From positions 1 to 64,000 of the forward strand of contig CBEVQO010000010.1 of the NCBI GenBank assembly GCA_965552055.1: a DNA stretch of 64,000 nucleotides. Reading direction: 5' to 3'. Position 1 is the stretch's first letter; each line of letters opens with the position of its first letter. The DNA comes from an uncultured bacterium. GTDB taxonomy: Bacteria > Hydrothermota > UBA3073 > NMUJ01 > CBEVQO01. The position numbers and the translations under genes were made by a program. Below the pieces are notes generated by a model. That model was given only the letters and a program-made list of their open reading frames with translations. It searched no databases and had not been told where the DNA came from. Of this stretch, positions 50,452 through 61,948 are shown piece after piece.

Positions 50452-53156
50452 TGTGCTACTTTTTCTGGTGGACCTTCACAAACGATGTAACCACCTTCAT
50501 CTCCACCTTCGGGTCCCAAATCAATTATCCAGTCAGCACACTTAATCACTTCCATATTATGTTCTATCACGACAACAGTATTTCCTCTGTCAACAAGGCG
50601 CTGTAAAACATTTAAAAGCATCTTTACATCTTCAAAGTGCAAACCTGTTGTGGGTTCATCGAGCAGATATAGGGTTTTACCCGTTGCAACTTTTGATAAT
50701 TCTTTTGCAAGCTTAACTCTCTGTGCTTCGCCTCCTGATAAAGTTGGAGCAGGTTGTCCCAGTTTTATGTAGCCAAGACCCACATCATAAAGCAACTGTA
50801 ACTTGCGCTTTATCTTTGGAATGTTTTCGAAAAATTTAAGTGCTTCTGTTACCGACATCTCAAGTACATCTGCTATATTTTTGCCTTTGTAAGTTATCTC
50901 AAGTGTCTCTCTATTATATCGCTTCCCTTTACAAACATCACAAGGTATATAAATATCGGGTAAGAAATGCATCTCAACTTTTATCATGCCTTCACCCTTA
51001 CATGCCTCACACCTGCCACCTGCTACATTGAAGCTAAATCTACCGGGTTTATACCCTCTTGCTCTCGATTCCTTTAATTCTGCAAAAAATTCCCGTATCG
51101 GGGTAAACACCCCTGTGTAGGTGGCTGGATTTGAGCGAGGTGTCCTGCCTATCGGTGACTGATCGATAAATACAACTTTGTCTATATTTTCAATTCCAAG
51201 GATTGCATCATGGTCGCCCGGTGGTTCTTTTGATTTATAAAAGTGACGCTTCAATGCCTTATACAAAATATCATTTATCAAACTGGATTTTCCCGAACCA
51301 GATACCCCTGTGATGACAACAAAAAGTCCGAGTGGTATTTTAACATCTATTGACTTTAAATTGTTATGCCTTGCTCCTTTTATTGTTAAATATTTTCCTT
51401 TTGGTTTTCTTCTTTCTTTTGGTACTTCAATTTTTTCTTTTCCTGATAGATATTTTGCCGTCAACGAACCATCATTTTTTATAAAATCTTTAGGATGACC
51501 TGTTGCAACCACTCTACCACCATACTCACCTGCCCCTGGTCCAAGGTCAATTATATAATCTGCATTCATTATCGTTGATTTATCGTGTTCAACAACAATT
51601 ACGGTATTTCCAAGGTCTCTTAACTGTTTCAGAGTATTAACGAGTCGCATTACATCTCGCTGATGCAAGCCAATCGTTGGCTCATCAAGAATATAGGTAA
51701 CACCTGTGAGCCCCGAACCTATCTGCGTGGCAAGGCGAACTCGCTCCTCTTCACCACCAGACAAAGTATCTGCGCGACGAGAAAGTGTAAGATAATCAAG
51801 ACCAACATCTATCAAAAATTGTAAACGCCTTTTAATCTCCTTTATTATCTGGGATGCAACTTTTTCTTCGTATTCTGTTAATTCCAATTCGTTAAAAAAT
51901 TTCATACATTCTTTTATCGTCATATCCGTTATCTCTGCTATATTTTTGCCCCTTATTTTTATTGCTAAACTTTCCTTTTTTAATCTCGCTCCTTTGCACT
52001 CGGGGCACGGTAAATAAATCATATATTGTTCAATCCACTCTTTTACTTCTTCTGATTCTGTTTCAAAATATTTATTCAAAAGATGGGGAATCACCCCTTC
52101 AAAATAATCATCACCATATAAAACTGCTTCTTTTTCTTCATCTGTTAATTCTTCCCAGGGTTTTGATAGGTCTATTCCTTTCCTTCTTTCGAGGTCTTCG
52201 AGTTCCCATCTCAATCTATATCTTGGTTCGCCCCATGGTTCTATCGCTCCTTCATATACAGAAAGAGAAGGGTCAGAGATTAACAATTCTGGGTCTATTT
52301 CCATTTTTATTCCAAGACCATGGCATTTTGGACACGCACCATAAGGTGAATTGAAAGAAAACATACGGGGAGATATTTCTTCGTAACTTACCCCACAGTG
52401 CGGACATGCAAGTTTTGTATTGAAAATATGCAACTTATCGGGCATTTCAAGAACATAAACCATACCTTTGCCTTCTGCAAGTGCCATCTCAACAGAATCC
52501 GCCAACCTCTTCCTTATCTCGGGAGAAACTATCAACCTATCTATCACAATCTCAATATCATGTTTTTTATATTTTTCGAGTTCAGGCGGTGATTCCACAT
52601 CGTAAATTTCACCATCAACCCTAACTTTTGTAAAGCCCCTTCTTTTTAACCTGTTAAACTCTTCCCGGTATTCTCCCTTTCTGCCTCTCACAATTGGTGC
52701 AAGTATCATTATTTTTGCACCCCGGGGTAGTTCCAGAATTTTATCAACTATCTGGTCGAGTGTCATCGATTTTATTTCTCTTCCACATTTATAACAATAA
52801 GGTACTCCTATCCTTGCGAATAAAAGTCGCAAATAATCGTAAATTTCTGTAACGGTTCCAACGGTTGACCTTGGATTTTTTGAAGGTGTCCTCTGTCCTA
52901 TTGCGATTGTGGGAGTAAGCCCTATTATCGCATCAACATCGGGTTTCTGCATCATACCGAGGAATTGCCGTGCATAAGCAGAAAGCGATTCAAGATAGCG
53001 CCTTTGACCTTCTGCATAAATTGTATCAAAAGCAAGAGATGATTTACCGGAGCCAGATATCCCTGTTATAACTATGAGTTTATTTTTTGGTATCTCAACA
53101 GTTATATTTTTGAGATTGTGAACTCTTGCACCTTTTACGATAATTTTATCAATCAC
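50397..53156 (-). CDS. uvrA: Excinuclease ABC subunit A
   Basis: GARVHNLKN, two Walker A motifs, zinc fingers, [17 protein letters not shown]. Confidence 0.97.
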   Translation of the reverse strand: MIDKIIVKGARVHNLKNITVEIPKNKLIVITGISGSGKSSLAFDTIYAEGQRRYLESLSAYARQFLGMMQKPDVDAIIGLTPTIAIGQRTPSKNPRSTVGTVTEIYDYLRLLFARIGVPYCYKCGREIKSMTLDQIVDKILELPRGAKIMILAPIVRGRKGEYREEFNRLKRRGFTKVRVDGEIYDVESPPELEKYKKHDIEIVIDRLIVSPEIRKRLADSVEMALAEGKGMVYVLEMPDKLHIFNTKLACPHCGVSYEEISPRMFSFNSPYGACPKCHGLGIKMEIDPELLISDPSLSVYEGAIEPWGEPRYRLRWELEDLERRKGIDLSKPWEELTDEEKEAVLYGDDYFEGVIPHLLNKYFETESEEVKEWIEQYMIYLPCPECKGARLKKESLAIKIRGKNIAEITDMTIKECMKFFNELELTEYEEKVASQIIKEIKRRLQFLIDVGLDYLTLSRRADTLSGGEEERVRLATQIGSGLTGVTYILDEPTIGLHQRDVMRLVNTLKQLRDLGNTVIVVEHDKSTIMNADYIIDLGPGAGEYGGRVVATGHPKDFIKNDGSLTAKYLSGKEKIEVPKERRKPKGKYLTIKGARHNNLKSIDVKIPLGLFVVITGVSGSGKSSLINDILYKALKRHFYKSKEPPGDHDAILGIENIDKVVFIDQSPIGRTPRSNPATYTGVFTPIREFFAELKESRARGYKPGRFSFNVAGGRCEACKGEGMIKVEMHFLPDIYIPCDVCKGKRYNRETLEITYKGKNIADVLEMSVTEALKFFENIPKIKRKLQLLYDVGLGYIKLGQPAPTLSGGEAQRVKLAKELSKVATGKTLYLLDEPTTGLHFEDVKMLLNVLQRLVDRGNTVVVIEHNMEVIKCADWIIDLGPEGGDEGGYIVCEGPPEKVAQCEKSYTGKFLREELKSH

Positions 53157-53227
53157 AAATTATAATATTCTGATTTTTCAAAAGTCAAGTTTAAGACCTT
53201 TTTGATATACCATCTGTAGTGAAAAAT

Positions 53228-53645
53228 TTACAGAATTTCTACTCCTTTATTGGCGAAATAATTCTTAAAATGCTTATCAAAGGTAAAAATTTTATTTATT
53301 TTGTATTTTTCAATAAAAAGAAAACTTGTCCAATCTACTAGACTTATATTTTTATTTTTCCCAGATAATAAATGTTCTAAAGCTTTTTCATGTAATGCTT
53401 TATCAACCCAATGAATATATATTAAAGGCTCCACAATATTTCTCCAATCCTTCACTGCATTTAATCCTACTCTGAATTGCAAAAGTGTAATAGTTTCGAG
53501 TATCACATATGAAGTTGTCACCAAATTATAACCATTTCTTATGATTTCATTTTCAAAATATTTCCTTTGCTCTTTCATGAAATTCATCGTTTTCTACAAG
53601 TAAAGCGAAAAAAGCTGAAGTATCTACAAAAACTAGCTCTGGCAT
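53228..53645 (-). pseudogene. vapC: PIN-domain toxin, frameshifted
   Basis: ATG 53645 gives MPELVFVDTSAFFALLVENDEFHERAKEIF* (TGA 53553-55); the remainder (TTSYVILET, SLVD, FTFDKHF) is in another frame. Confidence 0.8.
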
Positions 53646-54286
53646 TTTTCTATTATTTCTGTCAAATATTTATCGTGATTCCTTGAAATGTCATTTTCTT
53701 TTGTTTTATACTTACCTATTAATTTTTTCATTTGTGTTAAATCCGGTCTGAATAATTCCAATAATGTAGCGTAAACTTCATCCGTTTCAAGAAGCCATTT
53801 TTTCTCAAATATCTGATTTGCGATTCTAACCTTTCCATTTTCTTTTATTTTACTTATTTTTTCATACAATTCTTTGCATTTTTCGTCCTTATTTTTATAA
53901 GAAATAAGCAATAAAAAACCATATTTTTCCTTTCCTTCGATTTTATAAATATCTTTGGCTAATTTATTTATATCTTGCTTTAATGAATTTTCATGAAAAT
54001 TCCAGGGTCCTCCCTTTAATTCAATTAAGATTTCCATATCTTTATTTTTAATTATTATATCCCAAATTTTTTCTTTCTCCTTTATTGTAGAATAAGGCTT
54101 TGCGTCAACTTTATCTTTCCCTAATTTCTTCCAAAGATTTACAAATAAAATTTGATTACAATAAGGCTCTTTATCGCCTTTCTCTCTTATATGTTTAGAA
54201 GCATATTGAAAAAGTTTATCTTCAAAAATCTCTTTTTTGATTATTTCCTTAATTATATCTACTGCTTTATTTTTTAAATCATTCAT
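53633..54286 (-). CDS. PD-(D/E)XK nuclease-like protein with a VapB-like C-terminal tail
   Basis: IWDIII...ILIELKG...DINKL; tail IGKYKTKENDISRNHDKYL. Confidence 0.65.
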   Translation of the reverse strand: MNDLKNKAVDIIKEIIKKEIFEDKLFQYASKHIREKGDKEPYCNQILFVNLWKKLGKDKVDAKPYSTIKEKEKIWDIIIKNKDMEILIELKGGPWNFHENSLKQDINKLAKDIYKIEGKEKYGFLLLISYKNKDEKCKELYEKISKIKENGKVRIANQIFEKKWLLETDEVYATLLELFRPDLTQMKKLIGKYKTKENDISRNHDKYLTEIIEKCQS

Positions 54287-54315
54287 CAATTAATTTTACA
54301 CACGAAATTGAATTG

Positions 54316-55038
54316 TCAACAAATTTTCTGGGCTCTTTTAAGGTCTTTCTCTGTATCTATATCACACCATAAGATTTCTTTTCTCTTTTTTCTCAATTCA
54401 TTTATGAGATAGTAGCCTACTTTTTTATCTTTTGCCATAATTTGTATACATTCCGACCACTTTGACCTGCCCTTTTTCAAAGCAGCTTCCACATATTTAT
54501 AAATGTCAGATTTGCATATAAAAATACCAGTATCAACATATCTGCTTAATAACTTTTTGCCGATTTTCACAATTAAATCCCTTTTTATCCTGACCTTACA
54601 ATCCTCAAAACCTGGCCATTTTTTCTCAACCCCTATTTTCAAAATCTTATCATCAAAATCCAAATTTAACATTTTTTCTATAACTTTTGGAGAAAAAAGA
54701 TGATCACTCATCATCAGCAAAAATTTTGTATAAATATTCTTAGCACACCATAAAGAATAAAGATTATCGGTTTTTTCCCATTCCTTATTCAACACAAACA
54801 TAATGTTCAACTTAAAATTTCTACTTCTAATCTTTTCTATAACTTTTCTCGCCATATACCCAACCACAATGGCAACATTTTTAACACCATTTTTTTCTAA
54901 AATTTCAAGGTTGTGAAAAATTATGGGTTTATCTTTTATCTCTATCAGGCATTTTGGTATATTTTTTGTAATTTTGTTCAGGCGTTTTCCTCTGCCTGCT
55001 GCAAGTATCACGACATTATCTATGTGCCCATCTCCCAT
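54316..55038 (-). CDS. NTP-transferase (phosphocholine/inositol-phosphate cytidylyltransferase-like)
   Basis: [28 protein letters not shown]. Confidence 0.85.
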   Translation of the reverse strand: MGDGHIDNVVILAAGRGKRLNKITKNIPKCLIEIKDKPIIFHNLEILEKNGVKNVAIVVGYMARKVIEKIRSRNFKLNIMFVLNKEWEKTDNLYSLWCAKNIYTKFLLMMSDHLFSPKVIEKMLNLDFDDKILKIGVEKKWPGFEDCKVRIKRDLIVKIGKKLLSRYVDTGIFICKSDIYKYVEAALKKGRSKWSECIQIMAKDKKVGYYLINELRKKRKEILWCDIDTEKDLKRAQKIC

Positions 55039-56276
55039 GACGAAAGATATTTCTTTTGTTCTTCTGTTAACTCATCAATTTCTATACCCATTGATGCAAG
55101 TTTTAACTTTGCTATTTCTTCATCGATTTCATCCGGGAGTTTATAAACTTTCTTTTCAAGTTTTTTATAATTTTCTTTTATATATTTGACGGCAAGCGCC
55201 TGATTTGCGAAACTCATATCCATAACATCCGGCGGATGACCCTCTGCTGCTGATAAATTAACAAGACGACCTTCTGCAAGTAGAAAAATCTTTTTTCCAT
55301 TCTTCAATCTGTATTCTTCAACAAATGGACGAACTTCTTTCACTTCCTGAGATAATTCTTTCAATGCTTTTTTATTTATTTCAACATCAAAATGACCCGA
55401 ATTACATAAAATACAGCCATCCTTCGCATTCTCAATATGTTCTTTATCTATGACATTTATATCGCCTGTTGCTGTGATAACTAAATCAGCTTCTTTTATC
55501 GCATCTATTGATTTTTTCACTGTAAAACCATCCATAATTGCTTCTATTGCACGAACTGGATTTACTTCGCTCACATAAACAATTGCACCCATGCCCCTTA
55601 ACCGCATAGCTATACCTCTACCACACCATCCATATCCGCATACAAGCGCTTTCTTGCCGGCAAGCAAAATATTTGTAGAACGCAGGATGCCATCGATAGT
55701 GCTTTGACCTGTTCCATATCTATTGTCAAATAAAAATTTGGTATATGAATCATTTACGGCAATTATAGGATATTTTAAAACTCCTTCTCTTGCCATTTGT
55801 TTTAATCTTATCACACCTGTTGTTGTTTCCTCTGTTCCGCCTATCACATTTTCTACAATTTCTTTTCTTTTGGAATGAAGTGTTGATACAAGGTCTGCTC
55901 CGTCATCCATTGTAATATCTGGCTTCATATCAAGAACAGCATCTATATTCTCGTAATATTCTTCTCTTTCTTCTCCTTTAATCGCAAATACGGGTATATT
56001 GTAAATTTTTACAAGTGCTGCTGCTACATCATCTTGGGTTGAGAGAGGATTTGAAGCGCATAATCTAACTTCTGCACCTCCTGCTTTCAGTGTTAACATT
56101 AAGTTTGCTGTTTCTGTTGTAACATGAAGACAGCATCCTATTTTCACCCCTTTTAATGGTTTTTCTTTCTCATATTCTTTACGAATTTCTCTAAGCACTG
56201 GCATAAGATTTTGTGCCCATTTTATCCTTTTATCACCGAGTTCCGCAAGACCCAAATCCTTTACTCTGTAATCCAT
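55020..56276 (-). CDS. ahcY: Adenosylhomocysteinase
   Basis: [40 protein letters not shown]. Confidence 0.97.
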   Translation of the reverse strand: MDYRVKDLGLAELGDKRIKWAQNLMPVLREIRKEYEKEKPLKGVKIGCCLHVTTETANLMLTLKAGGAEVRLCASNPLSTQDDVAAALVKIYNIPVFAIKGEEREEYYENIDAVLDMKPDITMDDGADLVSTLHSKRKEIVENVIGGTEETTTGVIRLKQMAREGVLKYPIIAVNDSYTKFLFDNRYGTGQSTIDGILRSTNILLAGKKALVCGYGWCGRGIAMRLRGMGAIVYVSEVNPVRAIEAIMDGFTVKKSIDAIKEADLVITATGDINVIDKEHIENAKDGCILCNSGHFDVEINKKALKELSQEVKEVRPFVEEYRLKNGKKIFLLAEGRLVNLSAAEGHPPDVMDMSFANQALAVKYIKENYKKLEKKVYKLPDEIDEEIAKLKLASMGIEIDELTEEQKKYLSSWEMGT

Positions 56277-56293
56277 AATTCCTCCTTTTGAAG

Positions 56294-56358
56294 ATTATAC
56301 CTGAAATTTTATTTTGTCAATAAATTTTGACTTGACAAATGGGTATTTTCATTAAATT
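56294..56358. promoter_or_regulatory. Back-to-back divergent promoters, both with 15-bp spacers (ahcY and tRNA-Ala)
   Basis: Minus: tgtcaa 56315-20 / attata 56294-99; plus: ttgaca 56332-37 / taaatt 56353-58. Confidence 0.7.
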
Positions 56359-56367
56359 AGTGAAGAT

Positions 56368-56439
56368 GGGGGCGTAGCTCAGCGGGAGAGCGTCTCTGTG
56401 GCATGGAGAAGGTCGTGGGTTCGAGTCCCACCGCCTCCA
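56368..56439 (+). tRNA. tRNA-Ala (GGC); CCA not encoded
   Basis: gggggcg/cgcctcc with G3:U70; tctct-gtGGCat-ggaga. Confidence 0.92.
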
Positions 56440-56455
56440 CTAAAAAGGGGGTAAA

Positions 56456-57760
56456 ATGAAAAAGTTTTTATTTTTAATAGTAGCAGGGATTGTGGGCTGT
56501 ACTGCGAGAGGCGGATTCCATGATATTGCTAAAGTGCGTCAGGCAAAAAGGAATCTACGGGAGATAAGAAATGCGATAGAACAATACAGGGTTGACCATG
56601 GCCAGTATCCACCCGAGGGCTCAAATTTAAAAGAAGTTCTTTCCTTTTATCTCAGCAAAGTACAGAGCGTAGAGGGAGAGGAAGTTCGCCAGCATATCCT
56701 CAGGGTAGCCGATGCAAAAAATAAAATAAACATCGTAAGAAGTACGCTCGAAAAATGCGCAGGAATAAAGGATGAGAATGTCTTTAACAGGCTAAAACTA
56801 ATAGAAAAAATATTGAGAAAATTCGAAAATGAATTAGCTTATGGAGGGGAAATTCCGGAAACCTTATCAATTCTGAAGCTGGTTAAAGAATGTGATTCCA
56901 TTGCAAAAACCTATCATCCCGAAAAGATGGAAATAGCAGCAAGGGAAAGCCTTTCTACATTATTACCCTTTGCAGTAAAATTCGTTGATTCTTTGAGACA
57001 GATTTTCTCAAATAAGAAAGTTGTTTATGATTGCTTTGACCATATTTATTCAACATTCATGTGCTTTTATAAAAAGTGGCAAAAAGAGAGTGCAGAAGGC
57101 TTTAAGGTTTATCCTTTAAAACAGGAACTTTCTTTGCTTAAGAAAAACCTGAAAGAAAGAGAAGTAGTATCAAAAATCGAGCAGATTATTGAATTACATG
57201 ACCACTTACAAAAGAAGTTAAAGTATGCCGATCTTTTAAAATCTTCGATAGCGAGTTTTGAAGCTGTTCAAAAGACCTTGAAAGAGTTACTCAATATGAG
57301 AGAAAATGCGATAAAATCTGCCAAAATTGTGCTTGCTCAGGCAACAATAGATAAAATGTCAGATGCTATTTTAGAATACTGGAGAAAAAAGGGAGCATTT
57401 CCTTCGGAAAAATATGATATTGAAAAAATTGTGAGACCTGCTTTCGTAGAAACTACAATGGGCGGTAAAGTGATAGATAGATGGGAAGAAGCAATAAGCT
57501 ACTTTACGGAACCTCCTGTTTATGTATCGGAAGATACAACCAGGGGCTTTGTAATTTATGGTATTTTTAAAGAAGGAGATGTTAAACTTTCGCGCACAGT
57601 AAGGATAGTCAATAAATGGGACGAGCTTGTATCTGCTTTTAAAGATAAGAAGGTAGAATACATAACTCCTGACCCCAAAAAGACATTCTTCTTAAAAGCA
57701 AGAGCAGATGACTCTGGCGGCACGGTTATAACGGATAGACCAGCAAGGAGGGCATTATGA
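56456..57760 (+). CDS. Lipoprotein with two GspG/pilin-like segments
   Basis: IVGC lipobox; AKRNLREIRNAIEQYRVDHGQYP and AQATIDKMSDAILEYWRKKGAFP. Confidence 0.6.
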   Translation: MKKFLFLIVAGIVGCTARGGFHDIAKVRQAKRNLREIRNAIEQYRVDHGQYPPEGSNLKEVLSFYLSKVQSVEGEEVRQHILRVADAKNKINIVRSTLEKCAGIKDENVFNRLKLIEKILRKFENELAYGGEIPETLSILKLVKECDSIAKTYHPEKMEIAARESLSTLLPFAVKFVDSLRQIFSNKKVVYDCFDHIYSTFMCFYKKWQKESAEGFKVYPLKQELSLLKKNLKEREVVSKIEQIIELHDHLQKKLKYADLLKSSIASFEAVQKTLKELLNMRENAIKSAKIVLAQATIDKMSDAILEYWRKKGAFPSEKYDIEKIVRPAFVETTMGGKVIDRWEEAISYFTEPPVYVSEDTTRGFVIYGIFKEGDVKLSRTVRIVNKWDELVSAFKDKKVEYITPDPKKTFFLKARADDSGGTVITDRPARRAL

Positions 57761-58923
57761 AAAAATCTTTAGCATTAGCATTATTGGTATTTCTATTCTT
57801 AAATGCTGAGGCGAAAAAGAAGAAAAAGGAGGCTGAAGAAGAGAAAAAAGAACCCAGTCCTGCTCAAATTTATTACTCGATAGGTTATCAATATTATCGC
57901 ATGGGCAAATACAACGATGCTATCCGCAACCTACAGCGTGCAATAGCAGAATCAACTCAGTTTAGAGATGCTTATGTGCTACTGGCAGATTGTTATACAC
58001 GAATTGGAATGGAAGATAAAGCTCAAGAGACCTATAAAAAATTGATAGACCTTGACCCGGCAGAAGGACATTATGCACTTGGAGCTTTTGCTTTGAAATC
58101 AGGGAAATATCAGGAAGCACTTAATCACTTTAGAGAAGCTTTAAAACACAAAAAGAAATTTGCAAAAGCATATTACGGTATGGGAATGGTTTACGAAGCT
58201 ATGGGAGATATTGAAACCGCAATAGAAAATTATGAACGCGCAGTGAAAATGAAGCCCAAAGAAGGCATTTTCAGAAAAAGATTGGGTAAAGCCTATCTCG
58301 CAGCAGGTGAGAACGAAAAAGCAAAAAAGGAACTCGAAAAGGCAGAGAAACTCCTGAAAAAAGATATCGAAGTTAAAGAAGCTCTCGCAGAAGTACTTTT
58401 CAACTTAAAAGATTTTGTAAATGCCAAAAAGAAATATCGCGAAGTTTTACAAGCACAACCACAAAATGTAAGCGCATTAATGAAAATAGGTGTTATTTTT
58501 GAGGAACAGGAAAAATTACCCGACTCTGCATTATCATATTACAAAAAAATACTGAAATTCAAACCCGATTACATACCTGCTTACAGCCGGATAATCAAAA
58601 TTTATATAGATGCAGATAACATTGATACTGCTAAAGTTTATCTTGATAAAGCATTTTCCGTAAATCCGGGCAACCAGATTTTACTGTGCCTTGCAGGTGA
58701 CATCCATTTTAAACTTGCACAAAATTATTACAAAAGCGATAAAGCCAGCGATTGGGAGAAAGGAGTAGAAGAATGCAAAAAAGCAACTGAATTCTATGAG
58801 AAAGCAAAAACAGGAAAAGACTCCAAATGGTCGGACTATGCTACAAAAGCAATAGAAAGTGTAAAAAAACTTCGCAAAAAACTGGAAGATAAATTATGGT
58901 GGGAAAAGGGGAAGGAAGATTGA
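57757..58923 (+). CDS. Exported tetratricopeptide repeat protein
   Basis: Signal peptide; repeated AYYGMG..YE..G..E.A...YERA units. Confidence 0.9.
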   Translation: MKKSLALALLVFLFLNAEAKKKKKEAEEEKKEPSPAQIYYSIGYQYYRMGKYNDAIRNLQRAIAESTQFRDAYVLLADCYTRIGMEDKAQETYKKLIDLDPAEGHYALGAFALKSGKYQEALNHFREALKHKKKFAKAYYGMGMVYEAMGDIETAIENYERAVKMKPKEGIFRKRLGKAYLAAGENEKAKKELEKAEKLLKKDIEVKEALAEVLFNLKDFVNAKKKYREVLQAQPQNVSALMKIGVIFEEQEKLPDSALSYYKKILKFKPDYIPAYSRIIKIYIDADNIDTAKVYLDKAFSVNPGNQILLCLAGDIHFKLAQNYYKSDKASDWEKGVEECKKATEFYEKAKTGKDSKWSDYATKAIESVKKLRKKLEDKLWWEKGKED

Positions 58924-59420
58924 AAAAGCCAGTCCTCGTACTGAATAATACATTCGAACCTATAAATATAACAAAAATAAAAAGGGCAATATCTCTCCTC
59001 TATCTTGATAAAGCAGAATTGCTGGAAAAATATGACTTTAAAATAAGGTCACCTTCAACTTCAATAGATGCACCGAGCGTAATAAGATTAAAATATTATG
59101 TAAAAATTAGAAGAAGAGAAATTCCCTTGACAAAGAAAAACATTTTGAAAAGAGACCATTATACATGCCAGTATTGTGGCAAAAAGGGCGGAAATTTAAC
59201 CATCGACCATGTCATTCCAAAGCAACTTGGCGGCGAAGATACATGGGAAAATCTCGTCTGTGCATGCGCAGAATGTAACGCAAAAAAAGGAGGAAGAACA
59301 CTTGAAGAAGCAGGAATGAAATTGCTTAAAAAACCTTCTAAACCTCATTTTATCTTATTCTTATTGCATAACTCAAAACTACCAGACGAAAAGTGGAAAA
59401 CTTATCTATTCCTTGATTGA
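58920..59420 (+). CDS. HNH endonuclease (McrA-like)
   Basis: VLVLN, RDHYTCQYCG, TIDHVIP, WENLVCACAECN. Confidence 0.9.
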   Translation: MKKPVLVLNNTFEPINITKIKRAISLLYLDKAELLEKYDFKIRSPSTSIDAPSVIRLKYYVKIRRREIPLTKKNILKRDHYTCQYCGKKGGNLTIDHVIPKQLGGEDTWENLVCACAECNAKKGGRTLEEAGMKLLKKPSKPHFILFLLHNSKLPDEKWKTYLFLD

Positions 59421-60627
59421 AATAATATTAACAATTATACTAACAAAAATAGAAGCAACAGATTCCCTTCCTCAAAATATCCAAAAATTTAAAAATGAAA
59501 AACTAAATAAGAGCAATGTCGAAAAAATAATTAACAGAGTTTTGGAATATTACGCTAACAGAGGTTATCCATTTTGCATCGTAAAACCCCAGATAACGAT
59601 TAAAAAAGATTCTGCAACATTAACTTTAAACATAGAAAAAGGAAAAAAATTTATCGTAAAAAAAATCTCTTCAAAAAACATCAAGATAAAAGAAGAAAGA
59701 TTAAAAAAATTTTTCAACACCAGAAACGGAGAAATATTCACTTATAAAAAGATAAAAATGGGCAGGAATAAACTTTTGAAATATTCCTTTTGCTATGACA
59801 GCCTAAAATTAACCCAAAATGGTGAAATATTTTTTTATTTTCGCAAATCTTCTAAATTCAAAATAATTTTGGGTTATTACAAAGAAATTTTTTTAAATCT
59901 CCAGTATCAAGATAAGAATTTTTTAAATTATCTTTTTCCAATTTCAATAGAAGCTGAAAAAATGAAGGATTATACTTCCATCGAAGCAGATTTTTATCTC
60001 CCCTATATCTTCAGGAATTTAACTTTTAATCAAATTTTAAATTACAAAATATGGAAAAATGATTCTGTTAATATGACATTTGATTTTAATTTTTCACTTT
60101 TATACGAAACTCCTTCTTTTTCGCCATTCTGGGGTTTTAGATTTTTCTCCGAAAACTATAAAAATAAATACAGCGCACAAACAGGTGTAAAAATTTTTAC
60201 AAAATTTTTCAAAAATAAAACAGAAATATTATTTTCAAAAAAATTAGAAAAATTCTTCAATGCAGGAGACTTACATTTTGGAAAAAATGTTTTCGCACAG
60301 ATAAAATTCATCTTTGGAAAAATAAACACATCCTTTGATTTTGATGTTTACTACATTGGTGGTTTAAAAAATTTAAGAGGATTCAAAGAAATGCAATTTT
60401 CTTCAAAGGACTTTAAAATTTTTAACATCGAAGTAGGAAAAATTTTAAATCAATATTTAAAATTTTTAATATTCTATGACAAAGCGATTTTTGAAGAATC
60501 ACATTATGGATATGGTGCGGGTTTACTCATCGATTCTAAGAATTATTTCGTAGGAATATGGCTGGGCATCCCTGATGGAAATTTTAAGGATAGTAAAATC
60601 CATTCTGCTTTAACTTTTAAGTTCTGA
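59413..60627 (+). CDS. Omp85/BamA-TamA-like outer-membrane protein (compact)
   Basis: POTRA-like YYANRGYPF, IGGLKNLRGF, YGYGAGL, terminal F. Confidence 0.7.
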   Translation: MIEIILTIILTKIEATDSLPQNIQKFKNEKLNKSNVEKIINRVLEYYANRGYPFCIVKPQITIKKDSATLTLNIEKGKKFIVKKISSKNIKIKEERLKKFFNTRNGEIFTYKKIKMGRNKLLKYSFCYDSLKLTQNGEIFFYFRKSSKFKIILGYYKEIFLNLQYQDKNFLNYLFPISIEAEKMKDYTSIEADFYLPYIFRNLTFNQILNYKIWKNDSVNMTFDFNFSLLYETPSFSPFWGFRFFSENYKNKYSAQTGVKIFTKFFKNKTEILFSKKLEKFFNAGDLHFGKNVFAQIKFIFGKINTSFDFDVYYIGGLKNLRGFKEMQFSSKDFKIFNIEVGKILNQYLKFLIFYDKAIFEESHYGYGAGLLIDSKNYFVGIWLGIPDGNFKDSKIHSALTFKF

Positions 60628-61482
60628 TACAAAATCCGGAATGAACCTCTCTTTCCCCATTGTAACTATGTAAAAACCATCGCATAAGTTTTTTATTTCC
60701 TTCGCAATTTCAAGTGATATTTTAAAACCTTCTTCCTGTACATCCTTTGCAGATTTCAACCTTTTTATCACCTCATCGGGTATATATACACCGGGTAACC
60801 TATTTTTCATAAATTCAGCAAATCTGTAAGATGTGAGTATTGCTATCCCTGCTATTATCCTTGTATTGAATTTTTTTACATATTTCATAAATTCTTCAAA
60901 TTTTTCTGTATCGAAAACTATTTGTGTTTGGAAAAATTGTGCTCCTGCCTTTATTTTTTTCTCAAATTTTATTAACTCGGGCTCCAGAGGTGTGCTAAAA
61001 GGATTTACGGCTGCTCCTATGAAAAAATCGGTTTTGCCTTTCAACTTATATCCTTCAAAATCTATACCTTCATTTAATTTTTTACAAAGTAAAATCAAAT
61101 TTACGGAATCAAGGTCGAACACAGGTTTTGCATCTTTATATTTTTCACCCGAAAAGGGATGGTCTCCAGTAATGAGTAAAACTGTTTGCACACCCATGCT
61201 CCATGCACCCAGCAAATCTGCCTGTATCGCCAATCTATTTCTATCCCTGCACGATACATGTAAAATAGGGTCAATACCAATTTTGAGAGCAGTAACCGCA
61301 CCTGCTAAGGGTGAAAGGCGTAAAAGAGCACGCTGATTATCAGTAAGATTAACAGCATCCACTATCCCTTTTAATTTTCTCAAATTCCTCTTAAAAGCTT
61401 TTATATCACAACCATGTGGTAAATAAACTTCCGCAGTATAAACAAATTTGCCTGACAAAAGCGAATCTTTAAATCTTACCAT
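60610..61482 (-). CDS. metF: Methylenetetrahydrofolate reductase
   Basis: NLTDNQ, CRDRNRLAIQADLLGA, ITGD, KKIKAGAQFFQTQ. Confidence 0.9.
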   Translation of the reverse strand: MVRFKDSLLSGKFVYTAEVYLPHGCDIKAFKRNLRKLKGIVDAVNLTDNQRALLRLSPLAGAVTALKIGIDPILHVSCRDRNRLAIQADLLGAWSMGVQTVLLITGDHPFSGEKYKDAKPVFDLDSVNLILLCKKLNEGIDFEGYKLKGKTDFFIGAAVNPFSTPLEPELIKFEKKIKAGAQFFQTQIVFDTEKFEEFMKYVKKFNTRIIAGIAILTSYRFAEFMKNRLPGVYIPDEVIKRLKSAKDVQEEGFKISLEIAKEIKNLCDGFYIVTMGKERFIPDFVSELKS

Positions 61483-61948
61483 ATTTTTCGAGTATTTTCT
61501 CGATTATTTTAGTTGTCGAATATTCTGGATATAAAGGGCAAAACTCCACTTTTCCGCCGTAAGATTGCACAAAATCCGCACCAACAACCTTTTTACCACG
61601 CCAATCTTCACCTTTCACAAGTACATCTGGCTTTATCACTTTTATCAAATTCTCCGGTGTATCTTCATCGAAAATTACTATGTAATCAATATATTCAATA
61701 GCGGATAATATCTCTGACCTTCCCTTCACATCAATTATCGGACGCTTCTCTCCCTTTATCCTTCTTACAGATGAATCGGAATTCAATCCAACGATTAAAA
61801 CATCTCCAAGAGATTTTGCAAATCTAAAACTTTTTATATGACCGGGATGTATCACATCAAAACATCCATTTGTAAAAACTATCTTTTTACCTTCTTTTCT
61901 TAATCTTTCTGCTATTTCCTTTATCTCATCTCTGCTTTTTAATTTCAT
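61469..61948 (-). CDS. rfaE2: D-glycero-beta-D-manno-heptose 1-phosphate adenylyltransferase
   Basis: FTNGCFDVIHPGH, GLNSDSSV, PDVLVKG, STTKII. Confidence 0.92.
   Translation of the reverse strand: MKLKSRDEIKEIAERLRKEGKKIVFTNGCFDVIHPGHIKSFRFAKSLGDVLIVGLNSDSSVRRIKGEKRPIIDVKGRSEILSAIEYIDYIVIFDEDTPENLIKVIKPDVLVKGEDWRGKKVVGADFVQSYGGKVEFCPLYPEYSTTKIIEKILEKYGKI

Noticed and set aside
51735..51765. UvrA first ABC signature LSGGEEER instead of LSGGEAQR
   Set aside because: Core LSGGE is intact; cannot distinguish from ordinary lineage variation without an alignment
56276..56340. SAH/SAM riboswitch upstream of ahcY
   Set aside because: The predicted leader is only about 10-15 nt and contains just the SD
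56368..60627. tRNA-Ala plus HNH gene as an integrated mobile element
   Set aside because: No integrase, no duplicated tRNA 3' end; the HNH is the common stand-alone McrA-like type in a coupled operon
10002..61948. Split rfaE1/rfaE2 far apart
   Set aside because: Separate kinase and adenylyltransferase genes are common in many bacteria
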